Positions 12,454 to 25,900 of a stretch of 64,000 bases of DNA are shown here, piece by piece. The notes beneath the pieces are model-generated. The model was not told where the DNA came from. It was given only the letters and a program-made list of their open reading frames with translations, and ran no database searches. Every line of letters starts with the position of its first letter. The stretch's first letter is position 1. Made by a program: the position numbers and the translations under genes. The stretch spans positions 101,246,001 through 101,310,000 of the forward strand of contig NC_043004.1 of assembly GCF_006345805.1 (NCBI RefSeq), read 5' to 3'. This DNA comes from Octopus sinensis (Eukaryota).

Positions 12454-12876
12454 TACTCTCTTTCTCTTTTCTCTTTTACTTGTTTCAGTCATTTGACTGT
12501 AGCCATGCTGGAGCACCACCTTTAGTTGTGCAAATCAACCCTAGGACTTATATTTTTCTAAGCCTAGTACTTATTTTATCGTTTCTTTTGCCGAACCGCT
12601 AAGTTACGGGGACGTAAACACACCACCATCGGTTATCGAGAGATGTTGGGGGGTGGGGGGTGGACAAACACAGATGCATAAACATATACACACACATACA
12701 AATATATACATATATACGACGAGCTTCTTTCAGTTTCCATTTACCAAACCCACTCACAAGGCTTTGGTCGGCCCGAGTCTAAAATAGAAGACACTTGCCC
12801 AAAGTGCCACGCAATGGGATTGAACCCAAAACCATGTGGTTGGTAAGCAAGCTACTTACCACACAGCCACTCCTGC
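12454..12876 (-). mobile_element. SINE family A, full length, inverted relative to 11806-12206
   Basis: Reverse-complement match. Confidence 0.9.
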
Positions 12877-13074
12877 AAATTTATAACTTTGTCATTGTTA
12901 TCAAGCTGGTGGGGTGACATAGATAGTAGTGCTGGACTAAATTATGTTCAGTATTTAGTTATGATTCTTTATGCTCTTTGTTCAAATCCTAGTAAATCAA
13001 CTCTGCTTTTTTGTTTGCTCAAAATCTGCAACTTTCTACCAATGTTAGAAATATTGGTTTCCAATTTTGACACA

Positions 13075-13880
13075 AGGCCGGCAATTTCAAGAGATGGATT
13101 AAGTCAATTACATCAACCCATGTTAAACTGGTGCTTGTTTTATTGACCCACAAAAGGTTGAAAGGCAAAGTCGACATCAGTGGAATTTGAACTCCGAACA
13201 TGAAGACAAATGAAATGATGCTGAGCATTTTGCTCAGCATGCTAATGATTCTACCAACTTACCACCTTCAATATTAGAAATGGTGGTTTCAAATTTTGGC
13301 ACAAGGCCAGCAATTTTGGTGGAGTCGGTTATATTGACTCTAGTGCTTAACTGGTACTTATTTTACCAATCCTGAAAGGATGAAAGGCAAAGTCAACCTC
13401 AGCAGAATTTGAACTCCGGATGTGAAGATAGATGAGATACTGCTAAGCATTTTACACAGTGTACTAACGTTTCTTATTTCTTTATTGCCCACAAGGGGCT
13501 AAAAATAGAGGGGACAAACAAGAATACACAAACGGATTAAGTTGATTACATCGACTCCACTGCATAACTGGTACTTAATTTATCGACCCCGAAAGGATGA
13601 AAGGCAAAGTCGACCTTGGCAGAATTTGAACTCAGAACGTAAAGACAGATGAAATACCTATTTCTTTACTACCCACAAGGGGCTAAACACAGAGAGGACA
13701 AACAAGGATTAAGTCGATTATATTGACCCCAGTGCGTAACTGGTACTTATTTAATCGACCCCGAAAGGAGGAAAGGCAAAGTCGACCTTGGCAAAATTTG
13801 AACTCAGAATGTAAAGACAGACGAAATACCGCTAAGCATTTTACACTGTGCGCTAACATTTCTGCCAGCTTGCCACCTTA
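13075..13880 (-). mobile_element. Head-to-tail cluster of SINE family B units
   Basis: Repeated gaaaggatgaaaggcaaagtcgacc...gaatttgaactc blocks, about four units. Confidence 0.85.
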
Positions 13881-15117
13881 GCAATGTTAGAAATATTAAC
13901 AATTATTAATACAGATAAACATAGAAGTTCCCAGAAAACTGATTCCACAGCTTGGTATTAATTTCCTGTTGTAGCCATCTTACCCCAGCTTTCTGCTGAC
14001 TTTTGGGAAATACAAGAACACCTTCCCATATATATACAGAGGCATTAACTTCATGCCTCTGTGAGAATCAATCATCTTCATCATTATCTTTAATCCAGTA
14101 GTGGATTCTGGAGAAGTCAAGTGTGACTTGGTTTCAATTTCACTTACACGTTGCTAATGCCCCGTGTGAGGGTCATGGCCACCACCGCAGTTTTCTTCTG
14201 CTTCAAAAAGAAAAGTAAAAAGAGAAAAAAATTCCTGCCGTTAGGTGGACTGTTATACTTGGTGTTAATCCAGCTATAAAATTGTCTTGTTAACTTCTCA
14301 AGATGAAACTGTAAATGTAATCTCGAGTGAGATGTAACGCCTACTTAGGACATGAAAGTTATGACTAAAATATCTGAGGCAAGCATTTCGCTTTTCCTTC
14401 TCCATACACTCACTCTCTTTCTCTCTCTCTATCTCTCATTCCTTCTAGATACTCTCGTTCTCTTTGTCTTTCTTAGCATCTCTCATATTAACTTCTCACC
14501 TTTTTCCCAAATTCACTTTTTATCTTCTCTTCCTTCACCCTCTCTCCCCACTATTCTTAACTCTCTTTCTCTGCTTCCTAACTGCTCTCTCTCTCTCTCT
14601 CTCTCTCTCTCCACAATCCCCTCTCTCTCTTTCTGCCACCTTTACCCCCTCTCTCACATCTTTACCTCTCCCCTTCACCTCCCTCACCCACCACCTTTTA
14701 ATTCTTTCTTTACCCCTTTCCCCACCATCTTTATCCCTCTCCACAAGCCATGCCTCTCTTCCATACCGTACTCTCCTTATCATTTCTACCTCCTTGTCTC
14801 TTTCTCTGTGTGTATATATCTGTCTGTCTGTTTGTCTTTCTCTTTGTCTCACCGTCTCTCTCCTACACCACATTTCCAACATCAACCACTATTCTTCTCC
14901 CCCTCCCCACACACACACATACACACACTTTGTTCAACTACTGTTATCACAGTGAAGAGCTAATTACCTTCACTAACTTAGAAGACTAAGGCGTAGTTTC
15001 ACAGATGCATGGAACTGTAGAGCTGTTAGCAGCTTTTATCTTGCTTTTGTTGTTGTGCACCAGTTGGTGCTTCCAGTTTAATGAATAACTTTCATCTCAG
15101 TTTTACTTCAACATTGT

Positions 15118-15158
<41 letters not shown>

Positions 15159-15873
15159 AACACTACCATGGTATGTTTTATACTGCTTGGTTACTTATTC
15201 AATTGACCTTTGACCTAGATGCATGTAAATGTATTGCTGACCCTCAGGGTAAGAGCTGAAACTTGAGACCCTCCTTGCCAAATTCACCATCTTATCTGGC
15301 ATTCACAATGGATTTATTTGACTGAGGCACAGAGCCAGTTTTTTTTTTTGTTTTTTTAATAAAGGAAAGTTTTGTTGACTTCATTTATAAGTTGTTTTAA
15401 GAATGACAAAAGGATCAAATGTAAATTAAAACACTGATAATGTTTGAACATGAAATTATCAATTCAGGCTATAGGCTGGACATCTTAGCATTTATAACTT
15501 GCTGAGCAGTGTTTGTATCGTAAACTTGTACACCATCTTCATAACTATAGAGACATATAGTTGTATGGGTGGTTAAAAAGTTTGCTTCACTGCTCTATAA
15601 CTCTAGGTTCAGTTCCATGGTACTATATCTATCTTCTACAGCGTAAGACTATTTGAAGCCTTCTGAGTGGATTCGGTAGATGGAAACTGAAAGAAGCTCA
15701 TCGCATGCATGCATCCACACACGCACTAACACTTTTTCCCATTCAAGTGGTGTTTTTAGCCCAAGATTTTACACGCTAGTATTTGTAGCTTTTTCTACTT
15801 CAAGCTGCAGTGTTAAAACAACTTATTTCATCTCTCGAAATTTCTAGATTTTCATAACTCTGGCTATATATAT

Positions 15874-16033
15874 AGCTTTGTTTCTCTCCTTGTTTTTTCT
15901 GTGTCCCTTTCGGTAGAAGAGCATAGGCTCGAAACATAAAAGACTTTTTCTATTCCTGAGCGTTATACTAATACATCTGTTTGTTTTGTACACCACCTGT
16001 CTTCGTCTTTTGTTTTTTTCGTAAACTCTCCCT
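15874..16033 (+). mobile_element. Penelope-like element remnant with a degenerate minimal hammerhead
   Basis: CTTT-CGGTAGAA-GAGC-atag-GCTC-GAAAC-ATA-AAAG at about 15907-15942. Flanks homologous to 33040-33215. Confidence 0.55.
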
Positions 16034-18421
16034 ATGTATATATCATCATCATCATCATCGTTTAACGTCCGCTTTCCGGAAAGGAAAAATTGTAGATGTA
16101 GACGAACTTTAATTCATAATCCAGGTTAATACAGAACCAATATACATTCTATATTATAATCCTTATCACATCATCATTTAACAACCGTTTTCCATGCTGC
16201 AGTGGGCTGGATGATTTGACAGGCGCTGGCAAGCCAGAAAACTGTATCAGGCTCCACTATTAGCTTTGGCATGGTTTTTACGGCTGGATACCCTTCCTAA
16301 TGCCAACCACTTTACAGAGCGGACTAAGTGCTTTTTACATGGCATCAGCACCAATGTGGCACATATATATTGCTTTGAACACACACACACACATGTTTAA
16401 GTTTGGAAGATTAGGAGAAATATTACTTTGCTTAAAAACAAGTGTAGGGTTGGCAACAGGAAGGCCATCTGGCCGTAAAATGTCTCTCAATGAATTTCAT
16501 CTAACTCATGTAAACATGGGAAAGTGGACTTCAAAAAGCTAATGATAATGATGATACTGTCTCCGGGAAGTATGACTAATACTTGTATCGCCTTTACCAG
16601 TTTTACTATTGTTTTAAATATGTAGCATATATTTTTTGATATTCAGCATAGACTGTTTCAAAGCCTAGTATCATCTCCCCTCTAACCCCAATGCACTAAG
16701 ATTGCTAATGTCGTCACAACATCTTCCCAAATGCGTAATTTTATTTATTAAATAAAACTAACATGAAATTGAGAGAACAATTGTTTTAAAATCTGTTTCA
16801 TGATTTATAGTTTGTTCACTCTGAAAATTACAGCAAAATATACAGTTAATATAACCAAAGAAAAGCAAATAACAAACAAATAATATAAATGGAAAGTTTT
16901 AGTTATTTTTGTTTAACTAAAATTTGATATGTTGAAATTCTAGCTGTCAAAAGACTAGAAATTTAACTGTTTGTCAAAATCCCAGAATATGTATAAAATA
17001 ACAAAAACAACAAAAAAAACCCACTACAAATAGACCTTTGTAGTGCTGTTTTAAATCTGGGTATTTCTTATTGTGCTTTTATTTATTTGAACTGTGCTAA
17101 TTCTATTTTTTTGTGGTTAGAATTGAGTAGGATGATGGTTGGCTGTGTAGTGGCAGCCAGTCTTCCAACTGTATGAAGGACACTGTGTTTCCATTGAGTC
17201 GTCCCCCCACCCCCATTGCTGATGCTATCTGTTGGTCATGATTCCTAGCAGAAAATTTGGATATTTACACATGTAATTATATTGGTAATTTGGATATTTG
17301 TAGATGTGATGTATAAATTCTCTATAACGGATGACCTAAACTTACAATGATGGAGTGGGAGTGACGCAGTGTTTTTCTATTAGCTAGATATAGAAGTGAA
17401 ACAGAGTAATAGACCTTACATAGGGTTACTACACTACAATAATTGCAGTAATTGAATTCATGCCTATACAGTCAGCACTTAAGGCTCACTGCCTCTGTAA
17501 GTTTTGTTAAAGTATTTTTATTGTTGGATGCTTTTATATTTATTTCGCTAGTCAATATAAAATGAGTACTGTCTAATGTCATGGGAAAATTTCCTTGTAT
17601 GCCTTCTGCATGAAGAACATATACTTAAAGTAATGAGTAAAAAACAAAAATTAAATCAATTTACAATTGCACTTGGATTGAAAAGAAAAATCCTTTGCTA
17701 GAATTAATGGCAATTTTTGTCAAAGGCAAGAGAAAAAAACTCTGAAATTCAAATGTAATAAAAATTAAATGGGGTAGGGAAGAAGTCTAAACTTTTGTTG
17801 GTATGATAGCAACTCTTTTTATTCTTATCAGATCTCTTCAGTGAAGCATAGTCTTAATTGTTTTCGTGCCTAATTGGTACAAATTCGTTTGTTATTAAGG
17901 TTTGATCTTAAAACCACCACACCATCACAGCCAATATTTAATCATTCAGGATTTTTCTATATCCACTATATGCAACTGAGTCAGTGTTTGGTTAAAATAA
18001 CCACCTATGTATCATACTTAATGTATACCCACTCTCAATAGATCAGTTACTGCAGTATATCAACTGTGTATACAATTACTATGGTACGTAGATGGTTATT
18101 TTAAATAAAATGAAATTCCTTGATGTGCATACCAGATTTTTATTCAGAGAGAAGGCTGTTTGCAACATCAGTAAATGTTTCACTCACTCTTTCCTGTATC
18201 AGTGTCAATGAATTCTTATCCAAGCATTTGACTGGCTGTGTGTACATTCCACTGTAAAGAACAAAAATGCATCAAGTGCTCTTAATGGCAGCTGCTGGGA
18301 TGAATTTTCATCTGTCTGATATTTTTTTGTGTTTTTAACAGAGCAAGTCTATAAGAGCTGTTATCTCAGGAAAAATACTGCAGCACAACTTGCCGATCAA
18401 TATGTATATACATTAAGCATA

Positions 18422-18474
<53 letters not shown>

Positions 18475-18862
18475 GTTTGTGTATTGTCAGTAAATCATGA
18501 ATCCGAAAAAGAAGCATACTCTAAGTTATAGAGCACTTGGAATATGTTGACGATGCTTAGTTTGTTTAACTATGTCATTATACTTGTATTAGCTATGGCA
18601 ATTAGAGGTGTAAGAAATGGATAAGAAAGAAATCCTAGATGAGAAATGCTAAGATTTTAAGTAAAAATTAAGGCATTTCTTGTATGAAAATGCTATTTCC
18701 ACTATATTTTGCCGAGTATCTCCCTCAGTGACTCCTTTCACTAATGCTGTTATAAATGTATGTAATTATATTTCAATATTTTTACTTTAAAAAAATGACT
18801 TTTATCTTCAGCAACACTTACATTTTTCTCCTTTATTCTTGTTTCAACAGATACTTTCTGAG

Positions 18863-18883
18863 ATGCTCATCGGTGGACGATAA
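18863..18883 (+). other. Short upstream ORF (MLIGGR*) in the 5' UTR part of the start exon
   Basis: ATG CTC ATC GGT GGA CGA TAA, out of frame with the main ATG at 18907 and ending 23 nt before it. Confidence 0.5.
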
Positions 18884-18906
18884 CATTAGTTTTGGACTGC
18901 CTGAAA

Positions 18907-18964
18907 ATGATTTTCTGGCAGCCTGTGTGTTTTATTGTTTTTGGAGTTATTCTCCAGATTAAAG
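18907..18964 (+). CDS. Cirl: Start/signal-peptide coding exon of a latrophilin/Cirl-like adhesion GPCR (exon 18851-18964, 5' UTR part 18851-18906)
   Basis: Pyrimidine tract plus CAG acceptor ending 18850. In-frame TGA at 18859-18861 lies upstream of AAAATG (ATG 18907). Encodes MIFWQPVCFIVFGVILQIK + G, a hydrophobic signal-peptide-like stretch. Donor AAG|gtcagt at 18965 is phase 1 and joins the phase-1 acceptor at 36066 to give ...QIKA-ERMQ. The link across a 17 kb intron is inferred from phase and peptide character. Confidence 0.72.
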
Positions 18965-19226
18965 GTCAGTAAATATGTAACTTCATTCTCTCTTCCATCT
19001 GTACTATCATTTTCCCATTTTCTCTTTTAATTTACTTGATGTTTAAATACCCAAATATTACATGCAATCATACAAAGTGGAGTGGATTTTCAACATTTCA
19101 AGATTTAATTCTAAGGAGTTGTTCGAACAAGCATTTTAAAATTAGATAGTTTCCACTTCTTGACAATAATTATTCAGCTATAAGTTTATGATTAATACAT
19201 GTGTTTAACTAAATAAACTGAGATAA

Positions 19227-19640
19227 GCGCAGGAGTGGCTGTGTGGTAAGTAGCTTGCCTACCAACCACATGGTTCCGGGTTCAGTCCTACTGCGTGGCA
19301 TCTTGGGCAAGTGTCTTCTGCTATAGCCTCGGGCCAACCAATGCCTTGTGAGTGGATTTGGTAGATGGAAACTGAAAGAAGCCTGTCGTATATATGTATA
19401 TATATATATGTATGTATGTATGTGTATGTATATGTTTGTGTGTCTGTGTTTGTCCCTCTAGCATTGCTTGACAACCGATGCTGGTGTGTTTACGTCCCCA
19501 TCACTTAGCGGTTCGGCAAAAGAGACCGATAGAATAAGTACTAGGCTTACAAAGAATAAGTCCCGGGGTCGATTTGCTCGACTAAAGGCGGTGCTCCAGC
19601 ATGGCCGCAGTCAAATGACTGAAACAAGTAAAAGAGTAAG
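19227..19640 (+). mobile_element. SINE family A, full length
   Basis: Complete match, 260 bp downstream of the start-exon donor. Confidence 0.9.
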
Positions 19641-21405
19641 TTAAGTTTATTGCCTATAAGCATAATACAATCTTTGTAGCAATGCTCAAAGTTAGAACCA
19701 CCTGATCACCAGGTGTTAAAGGTGTTATGCCTTCTGAAGTCTATAATTGATTTGGAACAGAACAGGGACTGAATTTAAATTGAGTGAAAGGAAACTAGGC
19801 ACAGTCTATAAAATCTCTACTGAAATATTTCGGTTGATTGAGACCATAAGTCTAAGAGGAGTCGACATGGACAGTGGATATTTTCTTATCCAAGGTATTT
19901 TCTTCGCAGATTACCTCCACAGTTAGTGATCAGTACTTCTTTACACAGCTATCCTTTTCATGATCTGAGATTGTGTGTTGAAATTAAACGTGGTACCTCC
20001 ACTATCTTAATAAGTTTTTACTTTAATGATAAAGACAATTCCTGTAGGGCTTGAACTCAGAAAATAGAAGTGTATAATTAAATATTATAAGGCATCTGAT
20101 CTGGCACGCTCTTGTTTCAGTGTCCCAGTCAATAAAATTGTTGATAACATGTTCATTCCCTCCATTAGTCCTTGGCAAGGATCTGATCTTGGCACTGGCA
20201 GCTAATGAATCACTTATCAGCAATATTTAATACACATCGCCTTTGCTTTATATTGAAGTTAACCCCACTAGTCATTAAGAATGGAACAAACTCCAGATGC
20301 AGGGCTGTTAGTTCCAAAGACAGTATATGAACTGTTGATGATCTATTAAGTTATTTAGACCCGTATTCTAATGACTTGGCCAACTGTAATTCTCTTAGAA
20401 ATAGCTTATTAACTGAAAAGACAATTGGATATGAAGTTCCTGTCTGCTAATAAGAGACAAAGCCTCGTCCTGCACGAATATTCCCATGGCAAAAGCAACA
20501 ACAGCAGTGGTAGTAGCAGTGATAGCAACATATCTACCACCATCTCCCCATTAAACAAAGACAGGAAATAGACAATTGCTATCTAGTTTTGGGAAATACG
20601 TGTAAACAACTAGAAATTAATCTGCAATTTCAATTAATAAAGAGAGTATTATTTTTTCCTCCCCCTTCCAGTGGCCATTTATTAATAATTTCTCGAAAAG
20701 TGGTGCTGTCTTCAATTTCAACAAACCCCACGCTCTCCTTTTTCCTTCTGGCTTTTCCTTATTAATTCAATTACTTCGTGTTTCAGCATTAATAGAAATA
20801 ATATAGTCGTAAAAATGTTCTGCTCCTTCATAGCTTAATATTTCGTCACACCAACATTTTATGGTTGATGCCGTTATTGCTGCTGCTGTTGTTGTTGTTG
20901 TTGTTTTATTGAGTCATAATATTGCAAGTTTCTACAGTGCTGTTATTGTTGTTGTTGATGATGATGATGAGGCTGATAATAATGATGTTTTTAACTGCCA
21001 CAAGGCCCAACTAAAAGAAAGAAAAAAACGAAAAGAAATAAAGATATTAACACATAACAAGACATTAGAACACAAACTAAGAGAACAGAAGAACAAAACA
21101 GAAATGGAGAGCGGAGAGAGGAGGGCGATGTGAAAATGTGATAATTTCATTTCATTAGGCACAAAGACATTTTTGTAAGGAAAAAAGAATATAGTCAATT
21201 TATTTGATCCTAGTACTTTGATGAAACTTATTTTATTAACTTGGAAAAGCAAAGTTAGTCTCTGTGTGATTTGAGCAGCTACATGAAATGCTGTTTTGTA
21301 TATTATAATGTCTTGGAGCTGTTCTTGTCTGGCTTTTTAGTCTGCTTCCCTGCTTCTTCCACTAACTAATAAGGATTTACTTTAATGTTATTTTATTAAC
21401 TATAA

Positions 21406-21813
21406 TAGGTGTAGAGGTGGCTGTGTGGTAAGTAGCTTGCCTACCAACCACATGGTTCCGGGTTCAGTCCCACTGCGTGGCATCTTGGGCAAGTGTCTTC
21501 TGCTATAGCCCCGCACCGACCAATGCCTTGTGAGCGGATTTGGTTGACGGAAACTGAAAGAAGCCTGTCGTATATATGTATATATATATTTATATGTATG
21601 TGCGTGTGTGTTTGTGTTTGTCCCCCTAGCATTGCTTGACAACCGATGCTGGTGTGTTTATGTCCCCGTCACTTAGCGGTTCGGGAAAAGAGACCGATAG
21701 AATAAGTACTAGGCTTACAAAGAATAAGTCCCGGGGTCGATTTGCTCGACTAAAGGCGGTGCTCCAGCATGGCCGCAGTCAAATGACTGAAACAAGTAAA
21801 AGAGTAAAGAGTA
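21406..21813 (+). mobile_element. SINE family A, full length
   Basis: Complete match. Confidence 0.9.
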
Positions 21814-22574
21814 AGGTTTGATAATAGTAATCATTTCTTTTATCTTTTACTGGCTTCAGTCATTGGATTGCTGCCATGCTGGGGCATTGCCTTGAACAGC
21901 TTTGGTCACAGATTGGCCTGCAATATTTAAGTCAACTATTTATTCTGTTGGTCTCTTTTGTCAAACTGCTAATTTATAAGGACATAAACAAACCAACACT
22001 GGTTATGTTGTGATGGTGGAGATGCACAGACACACACATGGGGGTCATCTTTTTGCGTCTGCTTTCCCTTGCTGGCATGGATTAGACAATCTGACTGGAA
22101 CTGGTAAGCCGAAGAGTTGCACCAAATTCCAGTCTGATTTGACATGGTTTCTATGGCTGGATACCCTTCCTAACACCAACCACTCCAAGAATGTCATGGG
22201 TGCTTTTTACGTGCCACTGGCACAGGTGCTGTTATGTGACACCAGCAGCATTGGCCACAAATATGACTTCACTTTGCTTGACAAGTCTTCTCAAGTACGG
22301 CATATAGCAAAAGGTCTTGGTCACTTGTCATTGTCTCCATGAGGCCTGACGTTCAAAGATCATATTTCATCTCCTTGACCCATGTCTTCCTGGGTCTACC
22401 TTTTCCACAGGTTCCCTCCACACGTAGAGATCAGCACTTCTTCACTCAGCTATCTTTTCATGATCTGAGATTGAGTGCTGAAATTAAAAGTGGTTACTGC
22501 TTGGAAGACATAAGTTACCCAATCAGAATTCCACAAAACCTATCAACTTCCTTTAAGCATTTATATGTAATATT

Positions 22575-22683
22575 GTGTCAAAATTATCATTGCTTGAAAC
22601 TGTGACCTGTTCATTGGCAAAAATGCAACAGAATATTTTATCAGTGAACTGGTCACAGTTTCAAGCAACAAAAATTTTGACAC
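22575..22683. other. ~109-nt long hairpin (small MITE or pre-miRNA-like)
   Basis: 22590-22613 pairs with 22645-22668 (1 mismatch in 24) and 22575-22585 pairs with 22673-22683 (11/11). Confidence 0.7.
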
Positions 22684-22684
22684 T

Positions 22685-22975
22685 ATCATCATCCTCATCA
22701 TTGTTTAAAGTCTGTTTTCCATGCTAGCATGGGTTGGACGGTTCAACCGGGGTCTGGGAAGCCAGGAGGCTGCACCAGGCTCCAGTCTGATCTGGCAGTG
22801 TTTCTACGGCTGGATGCCCTTCCTAATGCCAACCACTACGTGAGTGTAGTGGGTGCTTTTTACGTGCCACGGACACAGGGTCCAGAGGAGGCTGGCAACA
22901 AACACGATCAGTTGGTGCTTTTTACGTGCCACCAGCATGGAAGCCAGCCAAGGCGGCGCTGGCATCGGCCATTAC
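22685..22975 (-). mobile_element. SINE-like family C
   Basis: (CAT)n...ttttccatgctagcatgggttggacgg...ggatgcccttcctaatgccaacc plus about two VNTR-like units. Confidence 0.8.
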
Positions 22976-25900
22976 AAATGAATGTTTAACTTAGTAAAGT
23001 TAATGGTCTTCGTGTGTTTCTGAATGACTTATGTCTTTCATGCTGCAATCATTTTAGTTTAGCACACATAGCAGAAAGCACTTGCCTAAGGTGCAATGCA
23101 GTGGGACTGGACCTGATACCACTTGGCTGCAAAATGAGTTTTTTAACTTCACAGCCATGCCTACACCTAAATAGTAATGATTTTCGTTTAGGAACAAAGC
23201 CAGAAATTTCTGTGAGTAGGAGGAATATGATTGATTTACTTTACTAAGCTTATCAAAACCACACTGATGAAAGGTACAGTTTAACCCTGTTGCCTTTATT
23301 AATGTTCCTTCATATTTTGAATTCAGATTCAGCTAAGAATTTTGTCCAACACTTTACCAGTTCTGCAATTTACCAATTGTATAATAATAGTTTTGGGACA
23401 TGGTTATAAAACCTGCTTTTTACAAGCAGAATGGAAATGTAAACACTTGCTATTTATGCAGATCCCTATAAATGAAGTGAAATGATTCCATCTAGCAATT
23501 GTTTCCAAACCGTTAAGAACAGTGTATAATGATGGTGGTTTCTATCTTGGGTACAGGCCTGAAATTTAATGGGACCAGGGTTAGTTGATACCATAGACTC
23601 TCAGTACTAAACAGGTGCTTTATTCTATAGACTGTAAAAGGACAAAAACCTAAGTTGACCTTAGCAAGATTTGAACCCAGAACGTAAAGAAACAAAATAT
23701 CCCTAAGCATTTTTTTCCTAATCCTCTAGTGATTCTGCCAAATTACTGCTATAATAATAATAATAATCCTTTCCACTATAGCCACTAATTTTGAAATTGT
23801 TTACATAGGGTGCTAGATGATTATATTTATATTGACCTCAATACTCAACTGGTATGTATTTCATCGATCCCCAAAAAGATGAAAGGCAAAGTCAGCCTCA
23901 GTGGAATTTGAACTCGGAATATGAAGATATTCCACTCAGCATTTTGTCCACCATGTTAACAATTCTGCCAGCTCACCGTCATAATAATAATAATCCTTTC
24001 TGCTATAGGCACAAGGCCTGAAATTTGTGGGACGTGACTAGTAAATTACATCGACCCCAGTGCTTCACTTGTACTTAATTTATTGACTCCAAAAGGATGA
24101 AAAGCCAAGTCAACTTGAGATCACTAAAATATGGCAGCTACGAGAGTCAAACATAAAGGTTATCCTTGTTGTCATCAGAGCATTGGGTTCAATACCAGCC
24201 AACCTAAAAAAAACATCTGAAAACTTTAGAAATATGCTTTAATCTAGGTGTATTGCAAATGTTGGCATTACTTGGAACTGCACGCATATTATGTAAAGTA
24301 AATCTGTCTGTGGTCCTTGTTGTGACTTGACAAACAGTACAAACCCCCGATAGACACAATATCTTCAATCAACAACCTCGTGATATTATATACTGTGCAA
24401 CATCTATAATAATAATAATAATAATATAATAATAATAATAATAATTTCTGATTTCGGCTCAGGGCTAGCAGTTTTATGGGGAGGTGGTTAGTCAATGCCA
24501 AAGCCCCAGTACTTTACTGGTGCTTTATTTTATTGATTCCAAAGAGGTGGAAGCCAAAGTTAACTTTAAGTGGAATTTGAACCAGTCATTATCATGTTAG
24601 ATAGTTGGATCAGGACTTATTTGAGGCAGGATTTTACAATCAGGTACTCTTTCTGTCATCAATCCTTACTTGTTTTGCAAATAAGTGCTTGTTTTTTATT
24701 TTTTCCTCATAGCCTTGCTCCGTTGGGCAAATATATTCTGCCACAGACCAGGCCTACCAATGATGTAATGCAAGAGAAAGATCTTTGTATCTTCTTTTTT
24801 TATCCTTTGTTGTTGGACTGTAGTCATGCCGGGGCACTTCCTTGAAAGGTTTTACTCGAACAAATTGGCATAAACAAACCAACTGTGGTTGTCAAGCAGT
24901 GACAAACACAAAGACACATGCATGTACACATATATCATCATCATCATTTAACGTCTGTTTTCCATGTTGGCATGGGTTGGACAGTTTGACTGGGGTTGGT
25001 AAGGCCAGGGGCTGCACCAAGCTCCATTGTCTGTTCTGGCACTGTTTCTACAACTGGATACCCTTCCTAATGTCCAACCACACCACAGAGTGTACTGGAT
25101 GCTTTTAATGTAGCACCAGCACAAACACTAGTATCAATTCCCCAGGATTTATTTTTTGGAAGCCTAGTACTTATTCTATCAGTCTCTTTTGCCAAACCGC
25201 TAAGTTACAGGGACGTAAATACACCACCATCAGTTGCCAAGCGATGTTGGGGGGACAAACACAGACATACAAACATATACACACACATACATACATATAT
25301 TCCATCTACCAAATCCACTCACAAGGCTTTGGTCGGCCTGAGGCTATAGAAGACACTTGCCCAAGGTGCCACGCAGTGGGACTGAACCCGGAACCATGTG
25401 GTTGGTAAGCAAACTACTTACCACACAGCCACTTCTGCGCCTGTTGTAATTGTTTCTAATTAGAGACAAGGCTCTAATTAATAATTGCGAGTTGTTGAGG
25501 TTAGTCAGAACCATCAACTCCAGTACCAGACTGGTAATTTATTTTGTCAACATTCAAAGGGATGAATGGCTAAGATGATCCCAGCAGGTTTTGAATTCAG
25601 GATGTATAAGATCATCACTAAGTACCACAAGCTATTTCAGTTTGTCCGGTGCTATAACAGTTGTCTAGCAATCCAATGTTGTTAATGATAAAATGGTCTC
25701 TGATTGAGGCACAAGACCCAAAATTTGGGGGAGGAGGTTTGTTGATGCCACTCGCTACTGGTACTTTATTTTATCAAGCCCAAAGGGATAAAAAGACATA
25801 GGTGACCTTGGCTGAATTTGAACACTAAATACAGAGACGAAAGAAACAATGGAACTCATTATAGGCACAGGTGTGGCTATCTATTTATGATATCAGGTTC

